Source: Lepidodermella squamata (taxonomy: Eukaryota > Animalia > Gastrotricha). Taken from it: DNA of 64,000 nt. The DNA is taken from contig JBLDXI010000004.1 of the NCBI GenBank assembly GCA_047495785.1, forward strand, positions 1,674,001 to 1,738,000, given 5' to 3'. The notes beneath the pieces are model-generated. The model made no database searches. It had not been told where the DNA came from and saw only the letters and a program-made list of their open reading frames with translations. The position numbers were made by a program, and so were the translations under genes. Positions 59,489 to 64,000 of this stretch are shown here, one piece after another. Numbering within the stretch: position 1 is the first letter of the stretch; every line of letters starts with the position of its first letter.

Positions 59489-60861
59489 GATCGACGATAT
59501 AAAATTGCACATTTCCCCATCCGCCGGTGTTTCCTCCACGCGCGCGCTCCTATTGGCTGGGCGTTGTTGCGCAACAACTAAGATAATTACAGCCTTCGTG
59601 CGCGCGCGCACGGACGAGAGCAAAGACGACTGCGCCCTGCGCTGAGTCAGCGAAATGCTTTCAAGAAAATAAAAAAAGCTTAGATTAAGGCAGATTTTGT
59701 TGTCGAAAAACTTGACAAAATTTGGATTATCATGTATTCTGTTCTTGTGTTACGTTATGTTTACCTATCGATTGAATAGAAAATAGAAAATAGTGCGCGT
59801 GCAAAATTCAAACTTCACCTAACAAATTGCGAAAGCGCGCACCGATGGCACGAGCTATTTTCGGTGAATTTTGGGTAATTTCATCAAAATATAGCTTGAG
59901 ACTCTAACCATTTGATTATTTTCGCGCTACGTCGAATTGATTGAAAAATGTTTCTTGCCCTAGAAAGTTTGCGCGTTTGAAAAGTTACCGTTCATTACCG
60001 GAGCCGCTTATGTAGAAGTGGATGTAAAAATTTCTTAGAATGATCAAAACTCAAGCGCTTCTAAAAATGTAGAAAAATAGCGATTTCATAAAAGCGGCAT
60101 ATTATCATGATGAACCATGGTGGCGCGATTTTATTTTGCTTGGAAATATTTTTGAGCGGCCTGTCGTTTGTAAGGCATCATTATTTCTCGCATATCTATT
60201 TGCAATTTTTTGAGAACCTTTGCACTAATTGAAAAATGTACTCTCGATGCGCGCGCTTCACATGATATACTGGACTTGTTCAATTCGGGCTGGCTGACTT
60301 GTGGTTTTCTTGTAATTTTGCAGCGCGCGCGTAGAAAGCTGCAATTATTTGTTGCGCAATAAATGCGCGCGACGTGCGGTTACGCGTAAATTTAACCAAC
60401 CAATAGGAATGCGAGCGTGGAGGAAACACCGGCGGATGGGGAAATGTGCTATAAAATTTATCGGGTAAATAATTTATTTCGATTTTCCGATTTTTTCTGC
60501 CTGGCATTTAGGACTTTGAATTCTCTCACAGCGTTACTTGTTCGGAGATATTTGAGCAAATAATTAATTTCGTGCTAAAAAATAATCGGAAATCAAAACA
60601 AAGTAACTCGATAAATTTTATATCGTCGGACGCAGTACAAATTCTCGAAAATTCTCGGGAAAACTGCTATGGCGTGAATACTGATTAGTACCCTTAGATT
60701 AATGAAAACATTGGAATTCCAAGATGGCGGATTGCAGTATGGGTATAGCGCGTGGAAAAATACCCTGGTTTTACATGTAATCATACATGTATGCGCGAGT
60801 TAGAAAAAGACCCGCCATAATGCAAATTTACGAAAATTGGCAAAAGAATTAAACCTTCAAG
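59489..60861. mobile_element. Older long-TIR foldback element related to the 552-1398 family
   Basis: Inverted arms about 59489-59610 vs 60322-60629; 60710-60861 resembles 1217-1356 of the P-like element. Confidence 0.6.
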
Positions 60862-61316
60862 CATAGAGAATAGAGTTACCAGAGATGAAACTCCTATTGG
60901 AAACTTGAAGTTTTAATTCTTTCGCCGATTTTCGTAAATTTTCATTATGGCGGATCTTTTTGAAACTCGCGCTTATATGTTTACACGTAAAAAATGGTGT
61001 TTTTCCGCGCGCTATACCCAAAATAGCTCATCATGGAATTCCGATTTTTTTATTGTAATCGATGGGGATTGGCTTCAACTACAACCAGTTCAAAGGATTT
61101 CGTACGGAAATGTTCGGTTTTGACGCCATAGCGATTTCCGCGAAGGTCACTAGGGGTTCAAAAATGGGTGTTTTTGCCTTGACCCCACGGCCACATCATT
61201 GATCGGACTATCACTTTCTTTAGTGGAATTGGTAGAACTGAGTCCATATTACAAGCGTGTGAAATGTTTTGTTTACCAAAGCCACCGTTCAGAAATTACT
61301 CATGGTTTTCGGATGC
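60862..61316. mobile_element. Single arm (about 455 bp) of the P-like foldback element
   Basis: Begins CATAGAGAATAGAG and is the reverse complement of about 937-1398; no second arm or TSD. Confidence 0.88.
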
Positions 61317-61750
61317 TTCGACAAGCAGGCAGCTGTAATATCGTTAGCGGCGCGCCAAAACAACCACTTTACTATTTATAGATTTTATATGGATAGTACG
61401 ATCGAGAGTAGAAAAAAATCAGTGCTCAAATGGCCTATCGTACTTTATCATTACGTTCGGCGACTTCAAGTACGATCGAATGAATCATCTAAGTGGTTGT
61501 TTTGGCGCGCCGCTAACGATATAGGAACAAGACAGGACTTCAATCATTGTCTGGCTGGGCTGAAACCAGCTTACACCGGCTGCAATTCGCCCGGCCCATC
61601 CCGCCAAGCAGTCGCATTTGTTAGGGCCGACACACACGCCTCCGTGCCAGCGCCACGGCAATAAACTAATCACAGACAAAATCAGCAATTGATGTTCTAT
61701 TTTGAGGCCAACTCACATTCGTCGTAGTTCGGTCCCTGCCAGCCGAGGGT
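61317..61750 (-). pseudogene. Fragment of the EGF exons of the EGF/C-type lectin gene
   Basis: Homologous to about 57135-57400, with a small deletion, a lost cysteine and a MITE insertion. Confidence 0.8.
61341..61519. mobile_element. MITE with about 30-bp TIR and TA duplication
   Basis: TCGTTAGCGGCGCGCCAAAACAACCACTT / AAGTGGTTGTTTTGGCGCGCCGCTAACGA; absent at the paralogous site near 57155. Confidence 0.85.
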
Positions 61751-61756
61751 GCCCCT

Positions 61757-62171
61757 GTTACTCGGTAAAATCGATGTCGGCGATCGGTTGTCGTGTGTTC
61801 AGGTGCATGACGCCATTTTGACGGAGGAGGAGGTTCAGTTTCTACCCTGCGTCTGCCAGGAGAAGGGCCTGTGCTACGCCGCGTTGGCTATGAACCGATT
61901 GCTAGATTTTACGGACGATTTTTTCAATGTGACTAAACGAAGTTTAGGGCACCATCGGCGGTTTTTCATCGAGTCGAAATGCGTCTCGAATAATAGCACG
62001 AATTCGACAAAGCCGAGGAAGAAGCCTGGCAGAGATGACGTGGTTGAAGAACCGGCAAAGTCGAGAAACAAGACGAAACATGCGAAGCAAATGTCCGCTA
62101 CTGGGTCGGTTACGGTTTTTATCGAACGTTTTCTATAATTCTTGTTTTATTTGCGCTTGTTTACAAATAAA
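61757..62171 (+). pseudogene. 3' fragment of the LamG/GPI gene
   Basis: Near-identical to 52463-52871, lacks the 5' part and has a 2-bp insertion giving a premature TAA. Confidence 0.88.
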
Positions 62172-62383
62172 TTATAGTCTTAACCTAAAAGCAAGCTTTT
62201 CCAGCGAATTCCGATCGGAGAGCAACTATTATCTGTTATCTGAATTGCCAAATGATAAACTCAACCGCCATTAAAACTAGCTCTCCAGCGACATTTTAGG
62301 TAGCATTAACAATTTCAATAAGGTTGGTCAAGTGTTTTCAACTTTTTACATTCTTGCTGGTCACTGGCATCCGAGACTGCAGT

Positions 62384-64000
62384 TCAAAAGACCTCGCTGC
62401 CTGGCAGTTTGACGCAAACGATTGGCAACGCCGTAGAACATGGCTCAGCTGAAAACGTATCGGTTTCGCTCGTCTTTTTCGAACCTGCAACAAGTCAAAA
62501 TGGAGGAAAAAAGGCACAAAAATATAACGATATGTGTTATAGCATTCTAAAAATTCCTTTTTCAGTAATTTCATATCATTCGCATGTCCTATAATTCAGC
62601 CATATACGAGAAATGAGCAGCGAACCCTATTAATAAAGAGACCCTTCCAAAACTTCGAGATATGTTAGTAACAGAGCTGGAAAACCTGCCGGATTTCCTA
62701 CGCGCCGTTTTTTAAATTTCCTACTAAACTACCACTTCCTTCAACTTTTGACTGTTTCCTAAGCCAAAATTGCCTACTTTTCCCAAAATTTCCTACGCAC
62801 CTGGTGCGTCATCTCTGCAAGTTTTCCAGCTCTGGTTAGTAACAAAAATCACGATTTCAATAATTATCAGTAATTTCTGAAAAAATCCTGCATTTTTTCT
62901 AATTCAACCGCATCATATGGGAATCTAAGCCGGAGATATTAATGGGAAAGTCAGGAGCCAGAAGAATTCCAACATCCTTGCCTGCTATACCGTAAAATGC
63001 TGAATTCCCACGACTGATTACTGAAACGGAAATACTGAAGGGTCACAATTTTTAGAACACTACCCAATTTTGAAATACCGTAAATGTTGAAATACTAGCC
63101 CGGGCTTCTAGATTTTCAATGTCCGAAAAAGGGTGAAAAACTGGGCTTCTATTCAAGGTGGGCTTCTATTCGAGATGGGCTTCTATTTGAGATGGGCTAA
63201 TAGAACCAAGTTAAGGGCAACCGTTCTAACTTTAATCAGCTCCTGGGAAAATTTCCGCCCCATCGTCGCTTTAATCACTGTTATTAATAGGCTCTCCTTC
63301 ATCATTAAAACCTCCATAATTTTCATTACGCTGAGATGAAGCTATAGAACCACTTGTTTTGGCGAAAAATGAGTCAACGAGTCACTTTGTTATGGCCGTA
63401 CTAATTTACGTAATAGCCCGGGCTACTATTCGAGATGGGTTTCTAGGTCAAGTATCGTTGCATGGGTGGGCTTTTATTCGTGATGGGCTAGTATTTGAAA
63501 ATTTACGGTACCTAATTTCTTATATAACATTAGCGACTTATTAATTAAATTAATCATGAAAAATTGACATACAATATCTCAAGCTATGTAATAACACGGC
63601 CTCTTTGCTAACTCTTGCTAAGCTGTTAGTGTTTAGTCGGAACTTACATCCGTATGTGGAAGACCCCGTGGGGAAACCTGTTCGGTAATCATGCATTGCA
63701 ATCTCCCCGCGCCACTTTGCATTCACGAAAATGTTGCCGGCGGATGGGAACGCGGCTGCGAGGCTGGACATAGATGCATAGTTGGCGACGATCGGCAGTA
63801 TCTTCGACGCAACCGTACACACTGAGTCGGCCTGAGACCACGATTTCGCTGTACCACTGCTTTGCAGCGTCACAACGCCCTGAAACAAGCATTGCAAGTC
63901 AGTCACGACGCCAATAGTCAAACCTACCGTAGTAGGGTCGGCGCAGTAGATTTCCGTGAGCGTGAACGTCGTACAGTGCACATCGTTGTAGCCGAATGAC
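62384..64000 (-). CDS. EGF/C-type lectin protein, copy 3 (3' exons only; continues past the window)
   Basis: Last three exons near-identical to copy 2 (54716-55070 and 53060-53160), reading frames intact. Confidence 0.82.
62672..62834. mobile_element. hAT-type MITE
   Basis: TIR CAGAGCTGGAAAAC / GTTTTCCAGCTCTG; 8-bp TSD GTTAGTAA; absent from the paralogous intron. Confidence 0.88.
63078..63508. mobile_element. Tc2/pogo-like MITE
   Basis: TA-CCGTAAAT...AAATACTAGCCC / GGGCTAGTATTT...ATTTACGG-TA; GGGCTTCTATTCGA subrepeats. Confidence 0.8.

Overview
Eukaryotic (invertebrate animal) genomic DNA with compact, mostly 45-60 nt GT-AG introns (two GC-AG) and many small transposon insertions; the organism cannot be identified from the sequence. 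The window is dominated by duplicated genes for secreted or cell-surface carbohydrate-recognition-fold proteins. These are three copies of an EGF + C-type lectin gene (one broken by a P-like foldback element, one cut by the window edge), an inverted pair of large PAN/discoidin/LamG/F-type-lectin genes duplicated together with cytosolic sulfotransferases, and a LamG protein with a likely GPI signal. It also has an SLC16-like MFS transporter, a classical calpain and three tRNA genes. Most unusual points: (1) two tandem genes in which a pentraxin/LamG domain, an L-type-lectin-like domain and a Ser/Thr stalk are fused in frame to a complete Cys-loop ion channel with an atypical pore, a candidate lectin-gated receptor family; (2) an intact RTE-group LINE with a target-site duplication, whose ORF1 and ORF2 are in the same frame separated by one UGA followed by a long-range stem, as in viral readthrough cassettes; (3) an F-type lectin domain split by about 960 aa of other domains at its sugar-binding loop; (4) three minimal Penelope-type hammerhead ribozyme motifs. 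All exon models and domain calls were read by eye, not computed.
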